Assembly (NCBI RefSeq): GCF_018350175.1
Contig: NC_058368.1
Span: 12,772,001-12,836,000, forward strand
Origin: Felis catus
Lineage: Eukaryota
Direction of reading: 5' to 3'
DNA length: 64,000 nucleotides
A program made the translations under genes and the position numbers. The notes under the pieces are model-generated. The model worked only from the letters and a program-made list of their open reading frames with translations, had not been told where the DNA came from and did no database searches. Of this stretch, positions 37,691 to 51,558 are shown piece by piece. How positions within the stretch are numbered: the stretch's first letter is position 1; each line of letters opens with the position of its first letter.

Positions 37691-37890
37691 GGGGCACCTT
37701 GGGGTGCCTGGATGGCTCAGTCGGTTGAGCATCTGACTTCAGCTCAGGTCATGATCTCATGGTTTGTGGGTTCGAACCCTGCGTTGGGCTTTGTGCTGAC
37801 AGCTCAGAGCCTAGAGCCTGCTTAGGATTCTGTGTCTCCCTCTCTCTCTCTGTGCCTCCTCTGCTTGTGCTCCTCTTTCTCCCTCTGTCT

Positions 37891-37921
<31 letters not shown>

Positions 37922-37957
37922 AAAAATAAATAAACATTTTTAAAACATTAAAAAAAA
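37691..37957 (+). mobile_element. Can-SINE with doubled 5' head
   Basis: GGGGCACCTT immediately precedes GGGGTGCCTGG; long (CT)n; A-tail. Confidence 0.93.
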
Positions 37958-38227
37958 CTCCTTCTGATGTTACTTGGCTTGGGTGGACCATGGAACATTC
38001 TGAATTCTCTCTCCTCTGTGTCTATCTAAGCTTTCAAGTCATAACCCTGACTGTAAACATATGTCCAGTGCTTAACAATAGGAAAAAGTTCTTCATATAG
38101 GGAGCTGTGGTTTGAGAATTCTTAATGAATTTTGTGGAATAATAGCTTATGTCACATTAGAAATCTATGCAGACCTCTAGATTTTCCCTCCAACTTACAG
38201 ATAGTAAAAATAAAGACCAGTCAGATT

Positions 38228-38595
38228 CTGACTGTGAGAGGCATTCGTCTGCGTTGCTGAGGGCAGGCCACATGGAAAGCATGAGAAGGACGCAGGCAGC
38301 CTCTCAGAGCACAGACTGGGGCCCAGCTGGCAGCCAGCACAGTAATGGGAACCTCTGTCCTACAACTGCAAGGAACTGAACTTGGCCAGCAACCTGAAGG
38401 AACTTGGAACTGCTCAATCCCCAGAGCCTCTAGAAAGGAACATAGGCCTTGACTTAGGCCTTGCGAGATTCTAAGCAACTGAGCCATGCTGTTGCTGGAC
38501 TTCTGACCTTCAGAACTGTAAGATAATATATATGTGTTGCTTTAAGTGACTAAATTTATGGTAATTCGGCACAGCAACAATAAACGAGTAATATA
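38228..38595 (+). mobile_element. MaLR (MLT1D/E-like) LTR
   Basis: CCTACAACTGCAAGGAACTGAAC...CAGAACTGTAAGATAAT motifs. Confidence 0.8.
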
Positions 38596-38599
38596 TGTA

Positions 38600-38873
38600 A
38601 TAACTTGGATGACTCCCAAGGGAGTATATTGAATGAAAAAAATCCATTCTCAGAAGGTTACATATTGAATTGCTCCATTTATATAATATTTTTCAAATGA
38701 CTAATGATAGAAATGGAAAACATTACTGGTTGCTAAAGACTTGGGGGGGGGGGGTGGCTGGATATGACTAAATGGATAGCACAAATGGATCCTTGTGGTG
38801 ATGAAATTATTCTGCAACTTGACTGTAGTGTGGGTTACACGAATTTACACATGTGATAAAACCACATGCAACT

Positions 38874-38916
<43 letters not shown>

Positions 38917-39135
38917 TGCATGTGAAACTGATGAAATCTGAATAGGGTCAGTGGATTGTATCAATGTCAATCAATGTCAATATCCTGGTTGTGGTATTGC
39001 AATCTATAGCTAAGCTAAGATACCACCACTGGCAGAAACTGGATTAAGGACACACAGGATCACTCTGTATTACTTCTTACAGCTACATGTTTATCTACAA
39101 TTATCTGAAAATCAAAAAGGTTAATTTAAAAAGGA
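38600..39135 (+). mobile_element. Old L1 3' UTR (L1MC/MD-like) with (CA)n at 38877-38913
   Basis: GGATCCTTGTGGTGATGAAATTATTCTG...CTCTGTATTACTTCTTACA. Confidence 0.8.
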
Positions 39136-39454
39136 ATTAATGGCTATAAAATGCATATGTTAAAAGTAATATTTGATTATTTTCATTTTATGTATTCATG
39201 ATATAAAAACCATCATCTTCACTTAATTGTTATAGCGAAAGCAGAAAGATTAAGCATATTAGATCATCACTGCTTTGACTTCAAAATGAACCAAAAAGTA
39301 AGGTGAAATTTGCTGTTCACTTGAGCTTACATTATTAAGGCTGTCTTTCAGCAACATTTTTTTCCTGCAGAAATCTCTTTAGAGGACACTTGTCTATTTG
39401 GTGGCAATCAGTTCCCTTAAAACTAGATAATGGTACTCACAAATCCACTTAAAC

Positions 39455-39915
39455 ACTTAGTTTCCTATTGCCACTGTAACAAATTACCATAGATTTAGTG
39501 CCTTAAAACAACACGAATTTAGTATTTTACCATTCTGGAGGTGGGAAACCCAAAACGGGTCTCACTGGGTCTGAGCAGGTCTCTGTTCTTTATGGAGGCT
39601 CTTGGGACAATTCTGCTTCCCTGACTCTTCAGCCTGCAGAGGCTGCCTGCATTTCTTGGCCTGTCACCCCTCCGACGATCATGTCAGTCTGACCTCTGCT
39701 TCAGTTACCGCATCTTTCACTGTGACTCTCTTGTCTCCCTGGTTCATTTATTGTAAGGACGCTGGTGATTACAATGGGCCCACCCACGTAATCCAGGATA
39801 ACCTCCCCATCTCAAGATCCTTTACTTAATCACATCTGCAAAGTTCCTTTTGGTTAAACAGGTTCCCAAGGTTAAAACACGGACATCTTTGGGGGCCATT
39901 ATTCTGCCTGCCACA
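39455..39915 (-). mobile_element. MaLR (MLT1B/C-like) LTR
   Basis: TTAGTTTCCTATTGCCACTGTAACAAATTACC ... GGGGCCATTATTCTGCCTGCCACA. Confidence 0.85.
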
Positions 39916-41958
39916 CAGGACATACACAAACTGCAGCCTATTGCAACGTGCAAGGCGTGCACAGGTGTGTGAGGATTCTGCTGTCACTCTTTTGTTGTGG
40001 CATCGGCACTCTCCACAGGATGTGCCATGTTCCAAGTCCCATGAGCATTGCACAGGGACGCCAAGAGTAGGCACCGGCTTGAATTCCTGTATTAAATAGC
40101 ATGAAAACGTAACACCCTTTTAGGTTTTTTTTAGTTCAAACAGTTACAGATAGAAGTTCTAACGTTCTCTTCCCATGCCTCACTTGACTGCCTTGCACTC
40201 CTGAGGCTGGGGGCCCCCAGTTGGAGGCCGCTGCTCTCCACAACTAGGATTCGACAACTCCTCACATCTGTGAGTCAAGGCACAACTACAGGCTGTTGTC
40301 ATAGTGTTTCATTTCAAGGAACTGTTAATTCAATGCAAACAGTGCTGTGAGATAGATACAGTTTCCATTTTATGCTTGAGGTTTCTCCAGCCACAGAAGT
40401 TCAGGAACTCCATGAAGGGCAGAGCTAAAAATGTGCTGACTGAAGAACTGCAATGTTAATGGCAGCTCCCGGTTCCTTCACAACAGGGAGAAAGAGTTCT
40501 GGGTGAAGCAGGAACAAGGTTTTCGGTATCCAGGGAGAGAGCATCCTGGGTCTTTGGAAGCCAGCAACAGTAATGTCAATGAAAACAGATAGCCTGGTTC
40601 AAAATGCAGGGTAATTTCACTCTGGCTGCTGAGACAGCAACGGATTTCCTCCTGCTCAGGCCCTCTACACGACCAGGACCAAGTTCAGAAACAAAAGTCA
40701 CTGGAGCTCAAAGAAGTCAGGACTGTACAATAAAGAAAAGCTGTATTGTTCAGGGTACATTTTCTTTTCTTTTGTGTTTCATGAGGTCACAAATAGTTCT
40801 AGGATTTTTTCCCCCTTGTGGCTTTCTTTTGGAGAGGATATTACAAATGATAGTGATTCCATGACAGGCATTCTTTTTTCCTAAATGGTTCAGAGAACTC
40901 CAGAGGACACAAGGCTATTTTTATTCAATGGGGCTTGGGAGTCAAAACAGAGAAAGAGCTGTGCGCTGGTATCCTTCTGATAAAGGGAACAAATGCATTT
41001 GTGAGCAATCTTGAAAGGATGACACAAGCTAATGGAAAATCAGGGAAATGCAGATGTAATTATACAGCGAATCACAAGACAGGGACTTAGAGATAATTTG
41101 GAACAGCATGACTGAGCAGTGGAGGAATATGGAAATTTGTAACTGATAAACAGCAGCAGCTTGCCCAAATTTAGAGAGATGGTTTAAAAGGTCTAATGGA
41201 CAGAGTACCTAAAAGGCATTTAGTGGAGTTTAGCTCTGACACTGACTACTAAATGCTAATTTTGGCCCCATGCATCATTTTATATATTCAATCCACGGGG
41301 CTGGAAATATTGATCTTTAGATTGTTGTGGAACAAATTAATTAGACCTGTAAATGGCTTTTAAACTACAAATAATGAGAACCAAACATTTGCAAGTGACA
41401 CCGAGACTAGGGTTTGCAAAAAGTATATAGGGTTCTGTTTGCTAGGATAATGATCCATTTGTGAGAGTTGCACATGCAAGTGAAACCTCCTAATTGATTT
41501 ACTTAGAAAATAACATTGAGGTCACATTATATTACCAAGGGAAAATGGAAAGCAGCATTAATTGCCTTGGTACTATAAACTAGAGTAAACAAATGTTGCT
41601 TCAATTATCTGATTCTTTCAGATGAGACATTTGGGGTGTAAATTATCTGAATTGCCATTGTTACTGAATTTCACGTTGCTGAGTTACACAAAGTCTGAAA
41701 GAGGAGTAAGAAAGCCAAATCCTCCTAGATGACTTTTTGTTTAGTAACTCCTACACAGCTGAATTGGCCAAGATAGGTCTTTTAGATACTGGCCAGATAC
41801 TTGACCAGCTTCTTAACTTTACCATCTTATAAGAATAAAAACCGAAATGATCAAATATTATTTTCATAACTGTCAACCAATTCATAGTTACAATTATAGA
41901 AAAATAAAATACTATGTAGGAAGTGTGCTGAACATGTGTACTATTATTAGATTTTTTT

Positions 41959-42013
41959 ATGTTTATTTTTTTATTTTTGAGAGAGAGAGACAAAGCATGA
42001 GTGGGGGAAGAGC

Positions 42014-42056
<43 letters not shown>

Positions 42057-42183
42057 ATCCGAAGCAGGCTCCAGGCTCTGAGCTGTCAGCACTGAGCCCG
42101 ACCCGGGGCTTGAACCACGAACTGTGCGATCATGACCTGAGCTGAAGTTGGACGCTCAATCGACGGAGCCACCCAGGCGCCCC
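41959..42183 (-). mobile_element. Can-SINE with (GACA)n expansion
   Basis: TSD TAGATTTTTTT at 41948 and 42184. Confidence 0.95.
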
Positions 42184-42561
42184 TAGATTTTTTTTCAATC
42201 ACAGCAATAGTTCTGGACCTCCCAATTTCATGGATATAAAAAATTTAGAAAACATTTGGTTTTAGATCATTACACAACAGATTGCTCAAAGGGCTGGGAA
42301 TATCACTCAAGAGGACATTACTTTGGACCTGGGAAAATTTACTTTTATTTTTCAAGGGCTTCTGAGTGTGGGATGCCTGAAAAATTTAAAGCCAGATGGC
42401 ATTTAAGAGTTATTTAATCTAGTGGTATCTACTCACCAGCCATGAGTCCTTTGCTGGGCTGCCTGCCTATGAATTGATAGGTAATTTCCCAAACTTCAGA
42501 CAGGAAAAAAGTTTTCCAGGAGGGAAAAGCCTTCAGTTTTTCTTTTCTTTCTTTCTTTTTT

Positions 42562-42776
42562 AATTTTTTTAACGTTTATTTTATTTATTTTTGAGACAGA
42601 GAGAGACAGAGCATGAACGGGGGAGGGTCAGAGAGAGGGAGACACAGAATCTGAAACAGGCTCCAGGCTCTGAGCTGTCGGCACAGAGCCCAATGCGGGA
42701 CTCGAACTCACGGACCACGAGATCATGACCCGAGCCAAAGTCGGACGCTTAACCGACTGAGCCACCCAGGCGCCCC
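42562..42776 (-). mobile_element. Young Can-SINE
   Basis: Full-length, CpG-rich; TSD TCTTTCTTTTTT. Confidence 0.96.
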
Positions 42777-42799
42777 TCTTTCTTTTTTTTTTTTTTTTA

Positions 42800-42922
42800 A
42801 GTGCAATTTCTAGATCCTGTCCTAGATTCTCTGATGGAGCAGTTTTGTGGGTGTGACCCTGTGTATTTTTTAAAGAGCATTCCAGGTGATTCTGTGATCC
42901 AACTATTTGTGGAAACCACCAA
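42800..42922. mobile_element. MER5-like hAT fossil
   Basis: TGTATTTTTTAAAGAGCATTCCAGGTGATTCTG...GGAAACCAC. Confidence 0.55.
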
Positions 42923-44275
42923 TGCTAGTCTAACTTCGTCTCTTTGCAGATGCCCAGTGTGAGGGCTGGCTTGTCCTGAGTCAGAGGAAGGAGGGGAATC
43001 CAAACCCCCTAACTCCTTCCTAGTCAGGCTCCTTGCCAAGCAGGGCTGCTGGTGAAATCCCTCCCATCCCCTGTGAATGTGAATTCAAGGTGAGAGAGGA
43101 GTGAGCAGGTGCTGAGCCCTTGCCGCACACGTGGAGGGGAGAATGGCAGCACTGGGGATTGTTAATTTGCCCCACTTCCTTCCCTGGGAACCCTTAAAAC
43201 CAACAGAAAAGTTTAATCGGCTGATAATTTAATAAATGAAATCCCGTCTAAAAACAGGGGAATGGGTTAGAAAATATCTTAACGGTATCTCTTCAAGCCC
43301 TTAACATTCTGTGCTGCTGTAATTTAGTCACAAAAGGAACCCATTTGCACTTTCACTTTCTACCCTTAAAATGCTTTTCCCAGAAGCTTCCACGAATAGA
43401 AGAAACTCGCTTTCCACCTCCTCCTTTCTACTTAGCTTTGCTTATCTAAAAGGATGGCTACAGTGTAAACACTTACATATGCAAACCCTAGCCCTCCCTG
43501 CCTCTGGCACTTAACACTTTCAGATCAAATCTACAGATAGCCTAAATTGAATGGGCTTGCTGCTCGTTTAGCATAAATACAACAGCACCACCTTGTGTTG
43601 CGTTCCTGGGAGAATTTACCTCTAGCAGGACAAAAGCCTGGGTGGGGTGGGGTGGCCCATGGCACAGAGGCAGGCCTCTGTTTTCATTACTAAAAGCAAT
43701 ACTGGCTCCTTTCCCCTTGAAAACCTCTGTTCACTACTAGCCTATAATCTTTTCCTGTCAAATTACATGTATTATTATATATACTAAATCTACTTATATA
43801 ATCTAATATACAATTATTTTATGTATAAATATATTATATGTTTATTGTATATTTTTAAATATATATAAATAAAAGCCTAGGCGAGCACAATGCTGTAGTA
43901 TTTTAGACAGAAATTTAGTCAATCTTAATTTCAAAGTACTTGAAGGTAATGCTATGATGATTTCACACTTTCTTTCTAAAGATTTTTCCGTATTTGGAGA
44001 GGTCGCTTTTAAGTAATATATTTGCCTATTATATTGAGAAAAGGATTTTTCACAAAATCTCTCCCACAATAATTCTGTGATGGATAATATAGATAAAATA
44101 GTTCTAGTGTAGGTAACATCTCTGTTTCCCAAGTAGCATCGTAGAGTTTTATTTATATTTAATTTTCTCTATGGGGCAAGTTGAGAAATTAATGTATGGA
44201 TATCAACTTGAGACTGAAGGACTATACTTAAAAGACACCAAAATGGAAACACTGCCCACCCAAAAATGCCAGCTT

Positions 44276-44280
<5 letters not shown>

Positions 44281-44325
<45 letters not shown>
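44281..44325. repeat. (GT)n microsatellite
   Basis: Read directly. Confidence 0.97.
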
Positions 44326-44329
<4 letters not shown>

Positions 44330-45353
44330 AAACCAGGAACAACCTAGTTAATTAAGGAAAACTGTTTTCAATTGCAGTTCAAAATGTCAAGATCAGTATA
44401 ACAAATTAGCAATTCTCTGCCCATGAAGTCATCTGGAAAATTGAGTCTGAAGTCTCACAACATACACATGATTGCAAGATGCGAAGTTAGAAGATGAGAA
44501 GGGAGCAAACTCAGGGCCTTTGTGGCGCTGGCCATGCAGAAACCCTCAACCCAGAAAGCCCTGTCGCTTTTAGGTTGTAAGAGGAGGGTTCTGTCTTTTA
44601 CGTACGTTTGCCATCGTTGATCCATTCCTTAGAGTGTACATTTGCCGCGCTGAGATAACTTTGAATAAAGACCCCACAAAGAAGAAGGCAAGGAATCTCC
44701 CTTAATTAGCCATGTTCTTCCCGGTGAAAAGATCATACAAGTGGCATCTTTTGTTGGGCTATATTTCTGATTTTTGGATAAAATTTGTTTACACTGCATA
44801 CACCAATTAAATCATAATCTGATTTATAAAAATAGCAAATCTGTGGTTATAAAGGGCACAAGACATATGTAAAGACACACGTAGTGTTGGAGTGTCAATC
44901 TTTAACTTGGTGGGCATCTGGAAATGTTATGAATGCACAAATGTGAAGAAAATGCTCGTCTTCCCTTAAGCAAAACCACTGTCAGAAACCCCCAAGGGCT
45001 ATTCCTTGGTCTACTAAACACAATCTCTTGAGTTGTCTTCCTAGTCCTGCTAGTTCTCTGCAAAAAAGAGACTTTCATTTCACCCCAGCCTTTCATGCAG
45101 GGTGACTCCCCACACCTAACACAGAATGAGGACTTCAAACTCCCTTCCACTAGATTTTCACTGAAGTTTTATCTCATGTAAATGCCTTCCTTTCTTAGCT
45201 GGGAACTACTTCCTATGCCCTACAGAATACATTTACAGTCAGCTCTCAATATTCACAAGTAAATGCTTCATCTTGTCCATTACCTGCAGAAAGCAGGCTT
45301 ATGTCTCCATTACGCAGTCAGTGAGGCTCAGTGAGCTCACATTTTAGATTTTT

Positions 45354-45556
45354 TTTTAACATTTGTTTATTTTTGAGAGACAGAGCATATGTCGGGGAGG
45401 GGCAGAGAGAGAGAGAGGGAGATACAGAGTTCGAAGCAGGCTCCATGCTCCAAGCTGTCAGCACAGAGCCTGACATGAAGCTCAAACCCACAAATTGTGG
45501 GATCATGACCTGAGCTGAAGTCGGACGCTTAACTGACCAAGCCACCCAGGTGCCCC
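45354..45556 (-). mobile_element. Can-SINE
   Basis: Typical body; TSD AGATTTT. Confidence 0.94.
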
Positions 45557-45906
45557 AGATTTTAAATCAATTCAAGTAAAACACTAATAGGAAAGGAAAT
45601 CTTCTTGAAACCCTATAATGTATTCTAAAGAGAAATTTTTCTTTATTTAGTTGTTACTTGAATTATATTAATTTTGCCTTTATCATAGCCATCAGATGGT
45701 TTATTCTTATCCAGATACATCTTGAAAAATATTGGGGGGTGGTCCCAAGGAGATTGCTGACTTAATTTCTAGGATCTCTTAATTCTATACTGCCAGCTAC
45801 ATGGCTTCCCACTCAGGGGACAAGAAATTACTGTTCATAATGGAATAATAATAATTTCCTAGGCTGGTAGACTAATTTTAGAAACTGTTGGTGTTTAATT
45901 GGATGG

Positions 45907-46600
45907 TGTATTAGTTTGCTCAGGCTGCCATAACAAAATACCACACGCAGCATCACTCACACAACAAAAGGTTATTTTCTCACAGTTCTGGAGGTTAGAA
46001 GTGCAAGATCGAGGTCTTGGCAGGGTTGGTTTCTTGCAAAGCCTCTCTTCCTGGCTTGCAGATGACCACCTTCTCACTGTGTCCTCACAGAGCTTTTTAT
46101 CTGTGCCCTCTGGTATCTCCTCCTCTTTTCATAAGACCACCAGTCCCACTGTATTAGGGCTTCAACATACAAATTTTAGGGAGGCACAACTCATTCCATA
46201 ACATTCCCTTGTCTGGCCCCCCCCAAAATTTGTGTCCTTTTTGTATACAAAACACATTCACCTCCTGCCAACAACCCCAAAAGTCTTGTTACATTCCAGC
46301 ATCAATTCCAAGTCCAAAGTCTCGTCTAAATAGCATCTAAATCAGGTATCAATGAAACTCAAGGCAAAATTTCTCTCCAGCTATGAACTGTGGAACCAGG
46401 TAAGTTATGTACTTCCAAAATATAATGGTTGGAGAGGCACAGGATGGGCATTCCTATTCCAAAAGGGAGAAATCAGAAACAGGAAAGGGGTGATGGGTCC
46501 CAAGCAAGTCCAAAACCTAGCAAGACCAATTCTTTTAATAGGGCTTGAGAATAATCCTCGTTGGCTCAACACTCTTCCTGTAGGCCCACCGGAGTGGTGA
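45907..46600 (-). mobile_element. MaLR LTR (45907-46203) with adjoining MLT1 internal sequence
   Basis: TGTATTAGTTTGCTCAGGCTGCCATAAC...CCATAACA, then internal-type AAAGTCTTG...CAGCATCAATTCCAAGTCCAAAG. Confidence 0.8.
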
Positions 46601-48544
46601 TGCAGCACTTGGACAGTTTCTAGAATACAGCAGATTCCTAATACCACTTTTCCCTCTTCCTTACTAAGTTTTATAGAAGAACATCGTTTCCTTTTCTCTA
46701 AAATCTTTAATTCTCTAAACTAACAGACCTGTATTTACGTTTAAGTAGTTCAATGTAGATCTTGGTAAAGAGTTCAGGTCAGCTTGTTGACCTCTACTTT
46801 CGATGAAGAATGTGTCACCCACTCTGTAGTGAGCTGGTGATTAACTATTATATGGATGTCCAATTTAACCAATGGCCAAAACTCTAAAAACAAATCCATG
46901 CAAATCAAAGAGATGATAGCAGAACCTAAAATTCACTATAGTTTGACTACTGAACAAGTATCCACAACATTCTTTGGAATGCTGGGACAGCTTCTAAGTA
47001 ACATCAAGATCATTGGCAAGTTTGCTAGAGAAAAAAAAACCTCCCCTCTTTTGACCCAGAAGGCTGGACCTACTTTTCTTACACCTAAAGGTAAGCACTC
47101 AGTAAAGGCACTGCAATACAGGTAACTCCTATATAAACCAGGTACAACACAAGACAGCTTCTTTCCCTGGATTTTACTATGTAGAGTATAGTCCTGGAGT
47201 GCTCTGAGCTAGGCATCCAGGACATGGTGAAGTGCAACTCAGGAGAAAATATTGACAGACTGTCCTTACTCTCAGTGAAAATTGTGTGTTGGGGGGAGTC
47301 CTTTACAAAAATTTCCATAGCCTGAGTTCTGCTTTTGAAACAGGCCACAGATCCATGGCAAATTTCCATGGAATACGAATTGAAAATTCTTCTGTAGAAG
47401 AATAGCCTGCTTGTTTTCAGAAGAAAGGCAGGACAAGTGCCTCGAACCACACCCCCTAATGATATCAACATTTTCCAGAAAGCTTGCCCATAAAATGGTG
47501 CCTGGTTGGCTGCACAGAGGAAGCATAATCCCATGTCCACCCCTGATGTCGACCCTGTGCCATGAGCACACAGAACCTTAATCCCACTTACAGGATGGAT
47601 TTCAATCCCCTCACTTCCTTCCCCCCAGCCCTAACCCAAATGCTAACTTTGACCTTCATTTCTGCCCCTGAGGTCAGTACACCCCACTACTGCTGCAAAA
47701 GAAAACTGGATCTTTTCCAGGAATAGCTTCAGTCTTGCTCAGATGAAAGGCATGATGCCAGGGTGAGGCAATCTCATTATTAATCAACCTTGATTTGCAG
47801 AAGATGACACAGTTGCGGGGTTTGTGCTTTAAGTACCCTTTCAGCAGTGATGAAAGTCAAGCACTATTCAGCTAGCTTCTAAGTGCACACTTTCAATCAT
47901 GCTAAAGTCTGTACTATTTCAGTGCTAGAGGCAAGGACTAAAAACAAATAATATGCTATTGGTAAACTGCAGTGAACTCTGTAATTTTGAACCCTGAACA
48001 GCTTTCTGTGCTTATAAAGTGAGAGTCCACATCAGGGAGGCTTGGAGCCATTGGAATACTGTAGCAGGGCTGATTCTATCCAATTTGACTTCAGGGGCAT
48101 TTAATTGAAAATTTGCTTTAAATGGTCAAGGCTGAGGACAGAAGACCTTGGAAATCTATACATCTAATCCCTTGGGAAACATTTCTAGCCTCACAAGTTG
48201 TAAACCATGTTGTCTATGTTAAACAATTACTTGCATAAACTATGCTTTCAGGCCATTCAGGTCTCACCCCTGCTTATAGCCTTCACCAGAGCCTTTGGTT
48301 TAGGGTAGATGCCCCCTCTCTTCCCTGAGCACCCCTAGTACCTACATGTCTGCTCAGGGAGTACACAGTTTGACTTCTATTTATAATGTCCCATTTAGTT
48401 TGACATGTAATTAGAATCAATTTTATCCTTTCAGAAACTGATTTTACTTTCTAATTAAAATTTTTAAACAATATATATAAATAGCACATTAATTTAACTG
48501 TGAAATATTAAGATGATATTTTGTTTTCTATGTCAGTGAGGAAT

Positions 48545-48770
48545 GAAAAGATCACGGGCTGTGCTGTCAGGTGGGTCAGGATTCAGATCGCAGTTGGGAC
48601 ACATATGAACTGTGTGATTCTGAGCAGTGAGCTTAATGTCTTTGGACTTCAGCTTCCCTCGTTTGTAAAAGTGAGCGATTACAATGATGCCTTGTGTAAT
48701 GTAAAGATCTGATGCAGGAAGAGGCTGGTTGCCTAGCACAGTACACCTAAGGCACTCAATAAATGGTAAC
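48545..48770 (+). mobile_element. MIR
   Basis: CTTCAGCTTCCCTCGTTTGTAAAAG...GCACTCAATAAATGGTA. Confidence 0.65.
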
Positions 48771-49219
48771 CACCATCAGCAATACAGGAATTGCAGCAGC
48801 ACGAATTTTATGCACAGTATGTTGTCTCCCCTGCAAAAGGCTGTTCTTGAGAAAAAGGATCACATCATACACTTCTATGGTATCTCTTCGCATTTCGAGC
48901 ATGGGATACCAGCGACACTCAGTAAGTAGCAGTTGAAATGTGCTGTCATGAATGAGTTGGGTATCAGTATATTTGCCCGGTTAGAATAACAGGACAGAAG
49001 GCTATGTCACCAACCATTCTGAAGAATGAAGCATGTTACATAGAGTGTTTTATTAGAGATTGTAGAAACAAGAACTTTCGCTTTCACTAAATCTTTGAGT
49101 TGCGTTAAACAGATGGCGGGGGCGGGGGGGTGGGTGGACAGAAAAGAGAGGGAAGGAAATCAAGCCAAACCATTGTAACAAGGGCTGAAGAACAAGTCAC
49201 AGGGAACAAAGAGAAGGGA

Positions 49220-49400
49220 ACCCATATATACTGAGCACTATACATTAGCACTTTATACCGAACCCTTATTCCATCCTGAGATGTAAGTCCTGTTAGCCTT
49301 GGAGAGCTTAAGTAAACTTGCCCAAGTTCCCATAGCCAGTAAGTGGTAGAAATGAAAATGATACTCAGGGCTGTCTGCCTTCAAAGGTGGGTTCATTCAC
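49220..49400 (-). mobile_element. MIR
   Basis: TTAAGTAAACTTGCCCAAGTTCCCATAGCCAGTAAGTGG core. Confidence 0.65.
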
Positions 49401-49494
49401 AGCCCTGTGCGGCCACTCTCTTGCACCAGAAAGCTAAAGATTACTACTCTTGCCAAGTCACGCTCTAGCTGTCATTCTGCCCCTGCCCTTCACA

Positions 49495-49626
49495 TAGGGT
49501 GATGCATAATTTATCACTCAAAATAGAACACATTTGAGAATGAAGGAGGGAGCTGTTAATAGTTTGTCCAGGACAACAGGCCAAACTGGAACTATCTTGC
49601 GTAAGACTGGACATTTGGTGACACCA
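49495..49626. mobile_element. MER81-like hAT-Blackjack MITE
   Basis: TAGGGTGA terminus and TTTGAGAATGAAGG...GGACAACAGG body. Confidence 0.65.
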
Positions 49627-49644
49627 ACTCCAAAGAGTGTCTAT

Positions 49645-50790
49645 ACCCTCACTTCCTCAGCTCTCAAGCACTAAGAACTCACGCTATTCTTTTCCTATTC
49701 ATGCTCTTCACTCTCTAAATGGCTCTTGGCAAGATCACCAGAGACCTCTCTATCCCTAAATCACAAAGACTTTTTTTCTTCTTTTAGTTCTCATTTCACT
49801 TGACATCTCATTACACTTTACGCTTTTTTCTAGTCGTGGTTTCCTCCTTTCTGGTAAACTCGAATCCCATTAGCTTCTGAGGCACAACACCCTACTAGTT
49901 ACCTTCTCATATGTCCAGATTTTCCAACATGTTATTTTCTCCCCAGCTCGTAAAGTACCAGAGTGCCCTAAGCTTTGGTCAGAGGCCGTCTTCTGTTTCC
50001 TTTCCTTAAATCTAATTTCTTTCTATATGCTCTCCCTAGGGAACCTCATCCACCCTGATGGCTTCATATAACATCTTTAAATACCATCAAATTTATACTC
50101 CCAGTCCAGACTTTCTTCCAAGCCCCAGGCCAATGGTTTAGTCAACATTGCTATTTGGATATTTAACAGGCACCTCAACATCAGTAAGCCCAAAACGCAC
50201 CTCTTCTTTCCATCCCCAGCAACTCAATTTTCCCGTAATGACCACTAGCCCAGTGAATGGCACTGCCATCTATCTAAGTGTGTAAGTCAGAAACACCCTC
50301 CTCTTCCTCACTCACAATATACAATTGATCACTAGTGTTAAGTGTACCTTCTAAATATCCACCTCTCTTCATCTCTTCTACACCATCCTAGTCCAAACCA
50401 ACATCATTTCTGTACCCAATTATAATAATGGCTTCTAGACTCTCTCTCTCATGCACTACTGCCTCTCTCTAATCATCATCCTGCAACATCTGAACCACTT
50501 TTGCTTAAATCAGCCCTCTTTCTTCCCTCTCTCTTGCTTTACTAATCTATTGGATCCTTAAACACTCCATGTTCCTTCTTGTTTTAGGGGCTTAGAATGT
50601 TCTTTTCTTCACACTGGATAACTTACTCATCCCCTGGATCTCACACTGGATGTCCTTTCCCCAGAGAAGCTTTCTTTCTTTTTTTTTTTTTAGAGAAACT
50701 TTTTTAAAACCACTGGCTAGGTTGAGTTTCCCTACCGAACATTACCATAACTACCTGTAATTTTATCTTGAGGCTTTTATGAACACTATT
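49645..50790 (+). mobile_element. L2 fragment
   Basis: GCTCTTGGCAAGATCACCAGAGACCTC, CTCATCCACCCTGATGGCTTCA, AACAGGCACCTCAA motifs. Confidence 0.8.
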
Positions 50791-51313
50791 GTCCCAGTCT
50801 TGCCTTGTAGCACAGCATACCTTTATTAGTGATATTATTCTAATGGTTTTGAGCAGGTTTCAGAGCATCACTCAACAGCTGTTATTAATTTCCTATTAAT
50901 ATCCTATTAATAACCAGCCTATTAATAGGCTGGACCAGAAGCGCATGATCTTGTAATTTCACTCGTTCACTTATTTTGAACTTCATGTATGAGACAATGA
51001 CTTGCAGTGGGGCAGTCTGATGATCTGACGTGGTGCGAGAGCAAGAGAAAAATGCTGTGAGACTCCCTAAATTCCAATCCCAAGCTTTCTGTCTGGTCAG
51101 ATGAAACAGAAGTAGATAAACACAGGGTGCTGATAAGACAATGAAGAAAGCAGAAAAGCATGGCTCACACTGAGTAAAGTGGAGGAGTAAATGGCAATAC
51201 TTTGTACAATAGTGGATGATGGAGGTATGAAGAAGCGGAAAAGGTGGCTATAGATATCAAATGGTCTTTGTCACACACAACATGATTTTGTACCATGCTT
51301 AAAGATACCTTTT

Positions 51314-51558
51314 TTATTAGTAGTATTTTTAGAGACAAAGAGAGTGTGAGTGGGGGAGAGGAGGGGCAGAGGGATAGGGAGAGAGTAAGAAGAGAGAGAG
51401 GGAGAGAGAGAAAGAGAGAAAGAGAGAGAGAGAATCCTAAGCAGGCTCCATACTCAGTGCAGAGCCCAATGTGGAGCTTGATCCCATGACCCTGGGACCA
51501 TGACCTGAGCCAAAATTAAGAGACCTAACCTCAACCAACTGAGCCACCCAGGTGCCTA
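51314..51558 (-). mobile_element. Older Can-SINE
   Basis: TSD CTTAAAGATACCTTTT / CTTAAGGATACCTTTT. Confidence 0.92.

Noticed and set aside
43760..43875. AT-rich quasi-palindromic tracts (also 16990-17125, 30408-30552, 33715-33868)
   Set aside because: Decayed (TA)n low-complexity sequence; the self-complementarity is trivial
47085..47571. 151-aa minus ORF and an overlapping 99-aa ORF
   Set aside because: No recognisable domain and no supporting splice structure
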